Positions 1 through 8,160 of a DNA stretch of 49,654 bases are shown here, piece after piece. The position numbers and the translations under genes are program-made. Position 1 is the stretch's first letter, and the number at the start of each line of letters is the position of its first letter. The notes under the pieces are model-generated. The model was not told the origin of the DNA, ran no database searches, and worked only from the letters and a program-made list of their open reading frames with translations. This stretch comes from a virus: the IMG/VR virus record IMGVR_UViG_3300008807_000159, positions 1-49,654 of that record. The stretch is one strand, 5' to 3'.

Positions 1-99
1 CCTGATATCCAAGTCGCGATCGTGCTGCCACCAACACCGACCGTAGAAGGATTATACTCCGGAAATCCCGCGACATAGTAGACGCTGTAATTGCTCGTC
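1..99. repeat. Terminal overlap, identical to 49556-49654
   Basis: Exact 99-nt identity read directly. It lies inside a coding region, so it is most simply an assembler circularisation overlap. Confidence 0.95.
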
Positions 100-236
100 G
101 TCGCGGCCTGCGTCCAACTATGACCCGAAATGACCACCTTTTGCGTGACCGCTGAGGGCGCGGAAGGCAGGTTTGATACCTTCGCGCGCCGACGTCCCAT
201 CCTGCGGACATCGCTGATCGAGCCGACCAGGCCCAT
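1..236 (-). CDS. 5-prime part of the SGNH-esterase/LamG-like structural protein (continues at 49555 after circularisation)
   Basis: ATG at 236-234 overlaps the upstream stop (238-240). Translation reads MGLVGS...VVISGHSW...GVGGST and runs in frame (91 codons) into the ORF starting at 49518. Confidence 0.8.
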   Translation of the reverse strand, partial: MGLVGSISDVRRMGRRRAKVSNLPSAPSAVTQKVVISGHSWTQAATTSNYSVYYVAGFPEYNPSTVGVGGSTIATWIS

Positions 237-237
237 G

Positions 238-1167
238 TCAGATTTCCGTCGCCGTGAATTTCTTGCCAGTCGTGGCGCTGATGATGCTCACCGCGCGGTT
301 GGTGCTGACCGAGAAGGCCGACCCGGCGGGGATCTTCCAGCTTCCCGCAGTGTCAACCGCAGCGCTGCCGCCGATTTCGTTGATCCACAGGTCGGCATCG
401 CTGATGTTCTGGACCGTCAGCGATTTGCGGTTGGCGTTGGCGGCGGCAAGTTGCTGCGCCGTGCCGCCGGCGGTGATCGACCCCGAACGATCGGTCCCGG
501 CGGGAAGCGTGGACAGGGCGATCAGCGCGTCCTGCTTCGCTTCCGTCGCCGCGCCCGTAGGCAGGGGGAGCGATGCGGCCGAAACAGGCACTGCCGCCGC
601 GCGAAGTTGCGTATCCGTCAGCGGTCCTGACACTGCGACGGTTGCGGCAATGCTGACCGGCTGGGTTGCCTGAAAGAAGCTGCCGGTGACCGCTACAGAG
701 CCTCCGATCGACACTGGCAAGGCGGAGGCGCGGAGTTGGGTGTCGGTGAGCGGGCCAGTTACCGCAACGCTACCGGAAATGCCGACGGTGCCGGAGACGG
801 GCTGTGTAGCCTGCCAAAAGGTGCCTGTGACTGCAAACGCCTTGCCTCCGGTGATGAATTGGACCGCAGTGGCCTTAGTTGCATCTGCCCCAGCGTTCGC
901 CTGCACGGCGACCTGATTGGCCGCCGATGCATCCCCACCGCCGCCACCGCCGGGCGAAATGTTCTCGATGGCGGAAATCATGGCGTCCTGCTTCGCCTCG
1001 GTCGCAAGGCCGTCTTGCGTCCGCACGGGCATTCGGTCGGTCGGCGTGATGTCCGTGGCCGTTCCATTCCCGCCGAAGACGATCTTCGTCTTGGGAAAAT
1101 GGACGTTGGCGATTTCATCGGTCGCGAGGATGGCGCCAGCGGCGGGCGCGGTGATATTGTCGGACAT
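238..1167 (-). CDS. Fiber/spike-like structural protein with internal tandem repeats
   Basis: 309 aa. A ~37-aa unit is duplicated (F[WF]QATQPVS...GPLTDTQLRA[SA]A[LV]PVS) and flanked by two ATEAKQDA boxes. The C-terminus is beta-rich. Lies in the head-to-tail late operon. Confidence 0.6.
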   Translation of the reverse strand: MSDNITAPAAGAILATDEIANVHFPKTKIVFGGNGTATDITPTDRMPVRTQDGLATEAKQDAMISAIENISPGGGGGGDASAANQVAVQANAGADATKATAVQFITGGKAFAVTGTFWQATQPVSGTVGISGSVAVTGPLTDTQLRASALPVSIGGSVAVTGSFFQATQPVSIAATVAVSGPLTDTQLRAAAVPVSAASLPLPTGAATEAKQDALIALSTLPAGTDRSGSITAGGTAQQLAAANANRKSLTVQNISDADLWINEIGGSAAVDTAGSWKIPAGSAFSVSTNRAVSIISATTGKKFTATEI

Positions 1168-1181
1168 TCTTCACCTCAAAC

Positions 1182-1211
1182 AAAAAGGGCGGGCGTTTCG
1201 ACGGCCCGCCC
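1182..1211 (-). terminator. Rho-independent terminator/attenuator after the capsid genes
   Basis: Perfect 8-bp GC stem GGGCGGGC (1187-1194) / GCCCGCCC (1204-1211) with a 9-nt loop. In minus sense it is followed by TTTTTGTTT. Confidence 0.7.
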
Positions 1212-1237
1212 CAGCGCCCCATGGAAAACAGGTTGGG

Positions 1238-1468
1238 TCAGTCTTTGGCCGGTGCGGCGCCGCCCTTCTTGCCATCGAGATCGTGGTCGAGCGGATCGGC
1301 TGGGTCCTTGGCGGCTTTCGAGCCGTCCTTCGCGAACCATTCCTCGTTCGGCACCTCGTCCTTGGCGAGGTCGACGTCCTCGGTCGTGGCCCCGGCAGGA
1401 ACCATGATCAGGCCATCAACGGTGTAGAGCCCGCGGTCGCCAGTCGAGATATTCTTGAACTTCGGCAT
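1238..1468 (-). CDS. Small acidic hypothetical protein downstream of the major capsid gene
   Basis: 76-aa ORF with high third-position GC, 14 nt after the capsid gene stop. Confidence 0.55.
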   Translation of the reverse strand: MPKFKNISTGDRGLYTVDGLIMVPAGATTEDVDLAKDEVPNEEWFAKDGSKAAKDPADPLDHDLDGKKGGAAPAKD

Positions 1469-1481
1469 GTTTCAGCGCTCC

Positions 1482-2570
1482 TTAGAAGCTGTCGCGGTAA
1501 ACGATGGCCTTGGGCAGGCGCGCCTCGACACCGCCGACGTTCATGATACCTCCGACCTCGTAGGTCATGCTCGACTTCTGGAACGGAGGCAGGAACATGT
1601 GTGCGCCCGGAAGGTGGAACTTGATGACATCGGGGCTGTCCTCGTAAGCGATCATGCGCGTCGAGGTGCTGGTGCCAGCCGTTTCGAGCGCGCGGCTCTT
1701 GATGATTTGCAGACCCTCGCCAGCAACGTTGTTTGCCATCAGGAATCCAAGGATCGTCGAGCCGGTATCGCCCACGCGGGTGGTGGCGATATAGTTGTAA
1801 CGCGAGGTCGGCAGGACCAGCTTATTCGCGATGCTCGTCTCACCGGTTCCCGTTTCAACCGCCGTCAGCGCTTCGTTGATGTCACGCAGGATCAGATCCG
1901 CAGTCTTGGCGGACCAAAGGCGCGAGGGGCCGGTGCCGTCGTTGGCTACCTGTGCTGAGGGCGCAGAGCCGTTGTTGACGAAACCGGTCCAGCCCTTTTC
2001 AGACTCGCCGCGCGGCGTGTTGCCGTTCATGGCGATGCCGTAGATGAAGCGATCGGCAGCCTTCTTGGCTGCGCGAGCCTTATCAGAGGGAAGCGAGCGA
2101 CCTTGCTTCGCCGCGCGCTGCATTTCCTGCGTGTTCCAGTCGTAGCCGATGCCCGCGAGGTGGTACGGCTTGTTGAACTGCGACATGCGAGTGGATGCCA
2201 TCGGCATATCGAATGCGGCGCCGGCGAGATATTCGGCCTGCCCAACATCCTCCTGGCTGTAAACCAGAGTGCCCACGTCCCACATGTCGCCCGATGTGTC
2301 GACGGTCATGAAGCGCGAAATGTCCCAGCTCGGGTTGCGCGTCATGTAGACTTCGGTCTCGATGCGGTAGAGCTGGGGAGTCAGGAAGGCATAACCCACC
2401 TGCGCATCGCTCAAGAACGCATCGACCTTATCCGCGAAGCTCGCTGCCAGGAGGCCATCGCGCGCCGCCCACTGACGGATGATGTTCGCCTTGATGTCGG
2501 CGTCAGCGGCCATGAACGCGACAGGATCAGTGATGCGATTGGCTGCGGCGTCGTAGAAAGCGTGCGTCAT
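1482..2570 (-). CDS. Major capsid protein (HK97-fold, DUF2184-like)
   Basis: 362 aa. Position follows protease/scaffold and decoration genes. Sequence pattern recalled from DUF2184-type capsid proteins; not searched. Confidence 0.75.
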   Translation of the reverse strand: MTHAFYDAAANRITDPVAFMAADADIKANIIRQWAARDGLLAASFADKVDAFLSDAQVGYAFLTPQLYRIETEVYMTRNPSWDISRFMTVDTSGDMWDVGTLVYSQEDVGQAEYLAGAAFDMPMASTRMSQFNKPYHLAGIGYDWNTQEMQRAAKQGRSLPSDKARAAKKAADRFIYGIAMNGNTPRGESEKGWTGFVNNGSAPSAQVANDGTGPSRLWSAKTADLILRDINEALTAVETGTGETSIANKLVLPTSRYNYIATTRVGDTGSTILGFLMANNVAGEGLQIIKSRALETAGTSTSTRMIAYEDSPDVIKFHLPGAHMFLPPFQKSSMTYEVGGIMNVGGVEARLPKAIVYRDSF

Positions 2571-2583
2571 TTATTCAGCCCCC

Positions 2584-3051
2584 TTAGCGGCGCACGATAC
2601 GGCAGAGGCCGTCCGTGACAGTTTCGTCGGCGATCCAGCCGGTTGCGATGTGCGTTGCGTCGGCAGCGGTTGCACCAATGAGGTCGGCCGCACCGCCGCC
2701 CGTGCCGACCGTGATCGGAGCGCCGTCAGCGACCGCGCCTTTCACGTTGACGTAGATCGCGCCGAGCGGAAGAATGCCGACATTGTCGTACTGCTGATAT
2801 TCGTCGGCATCTTGACCGGCGATAAGGGCCTGGCCGTGATGGGCGACGGCCCAGCCGAGGAAGGTTGCGAGCGTACCGACGGTGAGGGTGCAGCCGTGAT
2901 CGCCGGCGCCGCGCCAGACCGGCTGACCGAAGCCGATACCGGCGGCGGTTTCACAGGTGCGCGAAATGACGTTCCGGGTCTCGCCATTGGCGATCATGCC
3001 GGGATAGCCCTTGGCAAGATTGTCCGAATAGGTCGTCTGAAGTTCGGCCAT
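2584..3051 (-). CDS. Putative head decoration/cement protein
   Basis: 155-aa Gly/Ala-rich beta-type ORF between the scaffold and capsid genes. Assignment is mostly positional. Confidence 0.5.
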   Translation of the reverse strand: MAELQTTYSDNLAKGYPGMIANGETRNVISRTCETAAGIGFGQPVWRGAGDHGCTLTVGTLATFLGWAVAHHGQALIAGQDADEYQQYDNVGILPLGAIYVNVKGAVADGAPITVGTGGGAADLIGATAADATHIATGWIADETVTDGLCRIVRR

Positions 3052-3064
3052 CGGTCAGGCTCCC

Positions 3065-3571
3065 TTAGTACTGGCTGGCGCGAACGAGGTCGCGGACGCT
3101 GGCGTTGTCGGTGGTCATGGCTTTCGGCGCATGGATCGGGTCGTGCTTCGGCTCGATCTTGGTGTCGGCGGTCATGGTGGCGAACGAGACCGACACCATA
3201 TCGGGCGTCCAATCCTTCGCCGCATCGCCGAGCTTGGCGGTGACAACCGCCTTCTGGATGTCGGCCTCGCCCATCTCGTCGGTGACGGTGACGCCGAGCG
3301 CCTTTGCCTTCGCGGCGGCATCAGCATAGACCTTGGCGGCATCGCGCAGCTTGGCGGGCGTGATCGCGCTGTCCTTCACCTGCTGTTCGAGCGTGACGAT
3401 CTTGGCGTCCAGCGTTGCTTTCTCGGTCGTCAGGGTGGCGACCTTAGCTTCGGCGGCATCCTTGGCGATGATCGCCTCATCCTTCGTGGCCTGAAGCTTC
3501 GTGACCGCAATCTTCACGGCATCGCCGTCGTCCAGATCGACCTTCAGGCCGTCGAGCATGATGAAATTCAT
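3065..3571 (-). CDS. Possible nested scaffold protein from an in-frame internal start
   Basis: Internal ATG at 3571-3569 (MNFIMLDGLKVDL...) preceded by AAAGGGAAA 6 nt upstream. A copy of the late motif lies 74 nt upstream. Analogous to lambda C/Nu3. Confidence 0.35.
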   Translation of the reverse strand: MNFIMLDGLKVDLDDGDAVKIAVTKLQATKDEAIIAKDAAEAKVATLTTEKATLDAKIVTLEQQVKDSAITPAKLRDAAKVYADAAAKAKALGVTVTDEMGEADIQKAVVTAKLGDAAKDWTPDMVSVSFATMTADTKIEPKHDPIHAPKAMTTDNASVRDLVRASQY

Positions 3572-4192
3572 TGATCGTTTCCCTTTGAGGTGATCGATTA
3601 GGTGGGGGAGTGCATCACAGGCGGCGAACTCGTTACCGCCGTCAGAATTGGGGGATTGGTCACCGATGCGGCATTTCGATCCGGCACGGCCACGGGCGAC
3701 GATCGCGACGTGATTGCCGCGGATGTTGCGCTGGACCGCCTGATAGGCGGTGCCATCGGGCGCGGTGCCATCCTCGAACGCGAGATCGCAGGCATAGCCG
3801 TTGGAGAGTTCGCGCTTGCCGGCTTCGACGTCGGCAACGGCCTGTGCGTCCATGATAGTGAGGTCGAAAGCGAGAAAATCGCCGTCGCGCAGGGCATTCA
3901 TCACGCCGCCGCGAGTGTGGTCACGCCAATTGGCGGCGGTCACCGGCTGGGCGGGGTGGTCGTTTGTGATCGGCTTGGCGATGAAGCTGTGAACCGACGC
4001 CTTGTCGAATACCTCGGATTCGGGTCGATAAACCTTTACGACGTCGTTGGGTTTGAACTTCGTGCCCTGCGGGTCAACCTCGCTGCCGAGGTAGTCATAG
4101 ACGCCGGAACGAGCCGCTTTGGCCCGAACCGCCATGAAGCCATCGCTGGTCTTGCGCGGTGCGCCGAGCGTGAGGGCGTCCTGAAAAAGCAT
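3065..4192 (-). CDS. Prohead protease/scaffold fusion (DUF2213-like N-terminal domain, Ala/Lys-rich coiled-coil C-terminal half)
   Basis: 375 aa. Globular N-terminus of about 185 aa, then a long AKA/coiled-coil segment typical of scaffolds. Lies between the portal/MuF and capsid genes. Confidence 0.7.
   Translation of the reverse strand: MLFQDALTLGAPRKTSDGFMAVRAKAARSGVYDYLGSEVDPQGTKFKPNDVVKVYRPESEVFDKASVHSFIAKPITNDHPAQPVTAANWRDHTRGGVMNALRDGDFLAFDLTIMDAQAVADVEAGKRELSNGYACDLAFEDGTAPDGTAYQAVQRNIRGNHVAIVARGRAGSKCRIGDQSPNSDGGNEFAACDALPHLIDHLKGKRSMNFIMLDGLKVDLDDGDAVKIAVTKLQATKDEAIIAKDAAEAKVATLTTEKATLDAKIVTLEQQVKDSAITPAKLRDAAKVYADAAAKAKALGVTVTDEMGEADIQKAVVTAKLGDAAKDWTPDMVSVSFATMTADTKIEPKHDPIHAPKAMTTDNASVRDLVRASQY
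3632..3645 (-). promoter_or_regulatory. Late motif copy (minus sense CTGACGGCGGTAAC)
   Basis: Lies inside the protease/scaffold gene, 74 nt upstream of the internal ATG at 3571. Confidence 0.5.
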
Positions 4193-4224
4193 GGACGCTG
4201 GGATATTGAGAGGCGGGAGGCGGA

Positions 4225-4238
4225 TTTACCGCCGTCAG
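4225..4238 (-). promoter_or_regulatory. Late motif copy (CTGACGGCGGTAAA)
   Basis: Its first base is 46 nt upstream of the protease/scaffold ATG (4192). An AATAT box lies 32-36 nt downstream. No SD before the ATG. Confidence 0.55.
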
Positions 4239-4239
4239 G

Positions 4240-4512
4240 TTATGGGGAACTCTCCGCCAGCGCGGCGTCGATCATGGCTTGCCAGATGTGCTCAGGTATA
4301 TCTTTTGGATGGTGACATTCTCCATAACCCGCCGTTTGCATCCCCTCGCTCGGCCCCCGGATCGCGGTGAGCACGGCGCGCGCGGCGTCAACATGATCGC
4401 CCCAGTTTTTCGCTTCCCACTCATCCGCGCTGACATAGGGGAATTGCGCCTCTCCGCCGGGAGGGCAGGAGCGACGGGCCAGAGCACGCGCGGCGCGTTC
4501 GAGCGGGGTCAT
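4240..4512 (-). CDS. Hypothetical protein
   Basis: 90-aa ORF whose start overlaps the upstream stop (ATGA type). Confidence 0.55.
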   Translation of the reverse strand: MTPLERAARALARRSCPPGGEAQFPYVSADEWEAKNWGDHVDAARAVLTAIRGPSEGMQTAGYGECHHPKDIPEHIWQAMIDAALAESSP

Positions 4513-4949
4513 GCTGCCTTCTTCCGTGCGATTGCTGCTTGCACCCGATCGTAATGCCTCAGGATGTCGCCAATGCGTTCCGGCCTCAGCCCATATTCCT
4601 TGGCGAGTGCGACGCGCGTTTCGCCAGTGCGAAGGCGAGCAATGATCTCGAGATTACGGCGCTGGCGTTCAGGCTTGTTGCCGAGCCCGGCAAGGCCGTC
4701 TGGCAGCGATGGCACGCCGCGAAGCGAATTGATCCGCTCACGCTCGGCGGGGGCGTATCTGGCTAGATACTCATCGTCCCATGATTTGAGACCGGCATCC
4801 AAAAGAGCGGCGGCAATCTCGTCCGCGGTTTTTCGGCCGCAATTTGGGAATCGCAAAAGCTCCGGTAACCAGCCGGGCCAAGAAGCAATCTCCTCAAGCC
4901 CGCCAGCTTCGTAGATCCGGTTTAATGCTCGGTTTGAAAGGCGGGTCAT
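4509..4949 (-). CDS. DNA-binding regulator: RNAP alpha-CTD-like helix-hairpin-helix plus sigma70 region-4/LuxR-like HTH
   Basis: Start taken at the internal ATG 4949 (MTRLSNRALNRIYEAGG...FPNCGRKTADEIAAALLDAGL). The C-terminus RRNLEIIARLRTGETRVALAKEYGLRPERIGDILR looks like an HTH. The longer ORF to 5069 overlaps the upstream gene. Confidence 0.55.
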   Translation of the reverse strand: MTRLSNRALNRIYEAGGLEEIASWPGWLPELLRFPNCGRKTADEIAAALLDAGLKSWDDEYLARYAPAERERINSLRGVPSLPDGLAGLGNKPERQRRNLEIIARLRTGETRVALAKEYGLRPERIGDILRHYDRVQAAIARKKAA

Positions 4950-5010
4950 GCTGGCACCTGCGTGGTCGCATCGATAATGGCGTGCCAGCAACCGCGGTCG
5001 GACAAGACGG

Positions 5011-5274
5011 TCATTGACGCAATTCCTTAAGCATCCGCTCAAGCTCCTCCACATAAATCTGCATGCCACGCACCTCAGTCACGGCGCCTTCAGGCGACCG
5101 AGTGGCGAAGTTTCCTAGAACCCAGTTCTCATAGACTTTCCAACCATTCGCGTATGCCTTGATCTCGCCCCCATCACTGGTGGCCCTAGTCCCGATTATC
5201 TCCACACCTTTCTGTAAAATTTCTGCCCAGAATTGCGCCGGCACATCAACGTAGTTATCCGTATCATCAGCCAT
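5011..5274 (-). CDS. Hypothetical protein
   Basis: Start taken at ATG 5274 (MADDTDNYV...) with GGAG 8 nt upstream. Locally AT-richer than its neighbours. Confidence 0.5.
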   Translation of the reverse strand: MADDTDNYVDVPAQFWAEILQKGVEIIGTRATSDGGEIKAYANGWKVYENWVLGNFATRSPEGAVTEVRGMQIYVEELERMLKELRQ

Positions 5275-5358
5275 GTCGAACGCTCCATGTTCGGGGTGGT
5301 CAGGGTCGGCGATGTTCCTGCATCGTCGGCCCGAAAGGCTAGCAGAATCCGCCAAAAA

Positions 5359-6192
5359 TCATAGCGAAATCACACTCAACGACCTGCACCCGCAATAAGG
5401 AAGTTGGGCCGGTCGGTCATTTGGCGGGGCGTTAATGGTCTTGCCGTTCACTTTTCCGCCGACCGCTGAAGGGTCGTCCGAATAGACCTTCCCGTCGCGC
5501 GCGATATGCTCCTCACGGCCATGTTTCTTGTGCGACCAGAGCCACTCCCACTCCGACAACCCAGCCTGCCGACGCCGCTCATCCGCCAGCGACGACGTCA
5601 ATTTTCGCAACTGATCGCTCGCACACCGTCGAGCCCGAGCCCGAGACATTCCCGCAACCTCGCGCAACCGCCGCCCAACCTCATCAGCCGGCGTCCGATT
5701 CCTAAGCCCATCGAACACAGCCTGGCTCATCTTCTGCCGCGCCTCATCCGAGACCGAGCGAACCAGCGCGACATTGTTGGCGATGATAGTTTCGAGAGTC
5801 GCGCGCACGTCCGCAGGCCCGAGCATGGTCGAAAGATCGACTTTCGACGCCGACAGCACGGCCGATGTCCATTTCCGCCGATGCCACCGCTCGACGAAAA
5901 GGGTCCAGCGTTCGATGGCGGGTTTCAATGAGAAGAAGATCGCGCCCGATCGGGCCTCTGCCGCAGCAACGTCAGCCTCAAGGTCTGACGGCGCATCAGT
6001 CGTCATCTGGGCGAGCGAACGGGCATATTCCTGGGCAAGCCTGTCGGATGCTTCGACCCACACCTTCACGACCGGCTCATAGGCCGCGCGGTAGAGGTCG
6101 CCTGCATGCATGGCGACTGGCTTGATGTCGCGGATGATGGTGGATTTGCGCAGGCCTTGGCGGCGGGCGAGGGCGGGGAGGGAGAAGCGCAT
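5359..6192 (-). CDS. Head morphogenesis protein (Mu F / SPP1 gp7-like)
   Basis: 277 aa immediately after the portal gene. C-terminal WSHKKHGREEHIARDGKVYS pattern is typical of the MuF family. Confidence 0.7.
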   Translation of the reverse strand: MRFSLPALARRQGLRKSTIIRDIKPVAMHAGDLYRAAYEPVVKVWVEASDRLAQEYARSLAQMTTDAPSDLEADVAAAEARSGAIFFSLKPAIERWTLFVERWHRRKWTSAVLSASKVDLSTMLGPADVRATLETIIANNVALVRSVSDEARQKMSQAVFDGLRNRTPADEVGRRLREVAGMSRARARRCASDQLRKLTSSLADERRRQAGLSEWEWLWSHKKHGREEHIARDGKVYSDDPSAVGGKVNGKTINAPPNDRPAQLPYCGCRSLSVISL

Positions 6193-8114
6193 TAGGCCTC
6201 CTCGATTTTCGACTTCCAGTCCAGATCGAGCGGCTCGAAAATCTCAGGCCCGAAGCGCAACTCGCCCGAGTAGGGCTTGATCTTGTCGAGATCGACGGCG
6301 CCCGCATCATAGGTCAGCGTGACGTGCGGGGTATATTCGTCGTAGTCATGCGAGCCGCCTGCTTGAATCATGTCGTTATGGCGCGAGACCAGCGACCACG
6401 ACGCGAACTGCAGGACGACAGCGCCCTCACCGAAGCGTTCGATCGCGCGCGGACCGCCAGCCTTGACGATCAGTCCGCCGTCAGGTTCGGAGCCCCATGT
6501 CTCGCCCATCTTCATCGGGTCGACGGGCTGGCGTGAATAGAGGACGGTCACATCCATGTCCGACGCTTCGAGCGTCGACGTGAAGCCGTTGGACTTCGCC
6601 CATGCGATGAGCGCCTTTGCCGACGTGGGCTTGAGGTCACGGCGCACATAGAGCGGGCGGGGCGTGGCATCGGCGAAGATGCGGGCGAAGCTGTCGTTGG
6701 CCGCGAGGGGCAGCGGATCGACGTTTTCCTCCTCTTCCTCCTCCGGCATTCCGCCGTAGCGTTCGGCTTCGGGCACCTTGTCGAGCGCCGCGTCGAGGCC
6801 AGGCATCCACCCGTTTTCGACGAGGCCGTTCTGGTATGCCTCGTTGAATGCAACATCGGGGACAGCGCCGGTAAGCTGCACTTTTTCGGCAGCCTCAGTC
6901 CATTTCTTGAAGCGGTCGGTTTCTTCGGCGTCGCTCGGTTCGGAAAGCGGCGCGAACTTCCACCAAATCTCGGGCGGGCGCGAGCCGAGCGCCGAGGGGA
7001 TCAGCGCGGCGTCGATCTTGAGCAGGCATGGACGGGTCTCAAGCTTCTGGCCCTTCATGACCATCTTGTCCCAATTGTCCTGATCGCCCTCGCCGGTTGC
7101 GTTCAGACCCTTGGACGCCGTACCCCAGAAGCGCGTGACCGGGATGTCGGACGCCGCCGACATGGCCTCGGCATAGGCGAGGATCATGCCGGGGATCCCG
7201 GTCCAGTCAACCTGATGGCGGTCGATGGACTCCGCGCCCTTCCCATCGGCATCGCCGTTATCATATACCTTGCCGTTGAAGACCGACGAGCCTTGTTGCA
7301 TCAGGGCGAGGCGCTTCATCAGGTCCGCTTCACCATTCGGCTTGCCGAGCATTTCGAACAGGCGCGAGATGCCGACGTCGACGTTGAGCGCGTCCTTGAT
7401 CATCGCGTTGAACGTCGCCAGCGCCTCGTCGAGATTCTGCGCCGGCTCGATCAGGGTCGGCACTCGGCCCCTGCCCCAGAAGCGGCTTTCCCAGTCGCCC
7501 TTCCAGATCGACGGCAGAGGACGGCCGCGGAAGCATATGACGCGCGAAGGATGGAGGCGGGTTTGTGAGCCGGAGCCGCTCATCTCCCAATATTCGGGCT
7601 CGCCAAACAGGTTGGTCGCCATGTTGTCGTTCCAGTTCTGGCCCGACAGGTGATAGCGCGAGACGACGTTGATGGCGGTAAGGCCGCCCTTGCCGGTGAC
7701 TTTGAGCGGCTGCGAAGGATCGGTGCCCGAGATCAGGATGAGAGCGCCGCCTCCTAGGCCCCGAAGCACCTCGGCCTGCTGAACCTTGGCTTGCAGGTCG
7801 TGCCGCTCTTCTTCGGCCTCGATCAGCTCGATCTGCTCTTTCGTCGCCTGCCAGTCGCGCCACTCGCGCACACGGTCTTCGGCGGGGATGTCGATCGCCT
7901 TCGCCAGTGACCAAGACGCCTCATAGGCCTCCTCGATCTGCGAGGGGGCCATGATCGATGCGATATACTGGCGGCCGAGGCGGGCATCGCCGCGCATTCC
8001 GAGACCGGTGATGACGTTGGCGAGGCCGTCCCGTGCGCGCATCGGCACGACGTTGCCGCCAGCATCCATCACGAAGCCGGGCTTCGGCCGAGGGTTTACG
8101 AGGCGTCCGGACAT
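6192..8114 (-). CDS. Portal protein (DUF1073-type) fused to a C-terminal 2H-phosphoesterase (Acb1/LigT-like) domain
   Basis: 640 aa. The N-terminal ~470 aa are portal-like and follow TerL. The last ~170 aa carry HVTL (His codon 6324-6326) about 75 aa after a DVTV box (Asp codon 6552-6554). Confidence 0.75.
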   Translation of the reverse strand: MSGRLVNPRPKPGFVMDAGGNVVPMRARDGLANVITGLGMRGDARLGRQYIASIMAPSQIEEAYEASWSLAKAIDIPAEDRVREWRDWQATKEQIELIEAEEERHDLQAKVQQAEVLRGLGGGALILISGTDPSQPLKVTGKGGLTAINVVSRYHLSGQNWNDNMATNLFGEPEYWEMSGSGSQTRLHPSRVICFRGRPLPSIWKGDWESRFWGRGRVPTLIEPAQNLDEALATFNAMIKDALNVDVGISRLFEMLGKPNGEADLMKRLALMQQGSSVFNGKVYDNGDADGKGAESIDRHQVDWTGIPGMILAYAEAMSAASDIPVTRFWGTASKGLNATGEGDQDNWDKMVMKGQKLETRPCLLKIDAALIPSALGSRPPEIWWKFAPLSEPSDAEETDRFKKWTEAAEKVQLTGAVPDVAFNEAYQNGLVENGWMPGLDAALDKVPEAERYGGMPEEEEEENVDPLPLAANDSFARIFADATPRPLYVRRDLKPTSAKALIAWAKSNGFTSTLEASDMDVTVLYSRQPVDPMKMGETWGSEPDGGLIVKAGGPRAIERFGEGAVVLQFASWSLVSRHNDMIQAGGSHDYDEYTPHVTLTYDAGAVDLDKIKPYSGELRFGPEIFEPLDLDWKSKIEEA

Positions 8115-8146
8115 GCGCGCGGGTATGTGTTTTGGGGGAGCGTGGA

Positions 8147-8160
8147 TTTACCGCCGTCAG
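8147..8160 (-). promoter_or_regulatory. Late motif copy (CTGACGGCGGTAAA)
   Basis: Overlaps the TerL stop codon. Its first base is 46 nt upstream of the portal ATG (8114). A CATAC box lies 34-38 nt downstream. No SD. Confidence 0.55.

Noticed and set aside
1-99. Terminal repeat as a biological DTR or cos site
   Set aside because: The repeat has an exact k-mer-like length, sits inside an uninterrupted coding frame, and the terminase is of a headful type. An assembly overlap is more parsimonious. Read-based terminus analysis is needed.
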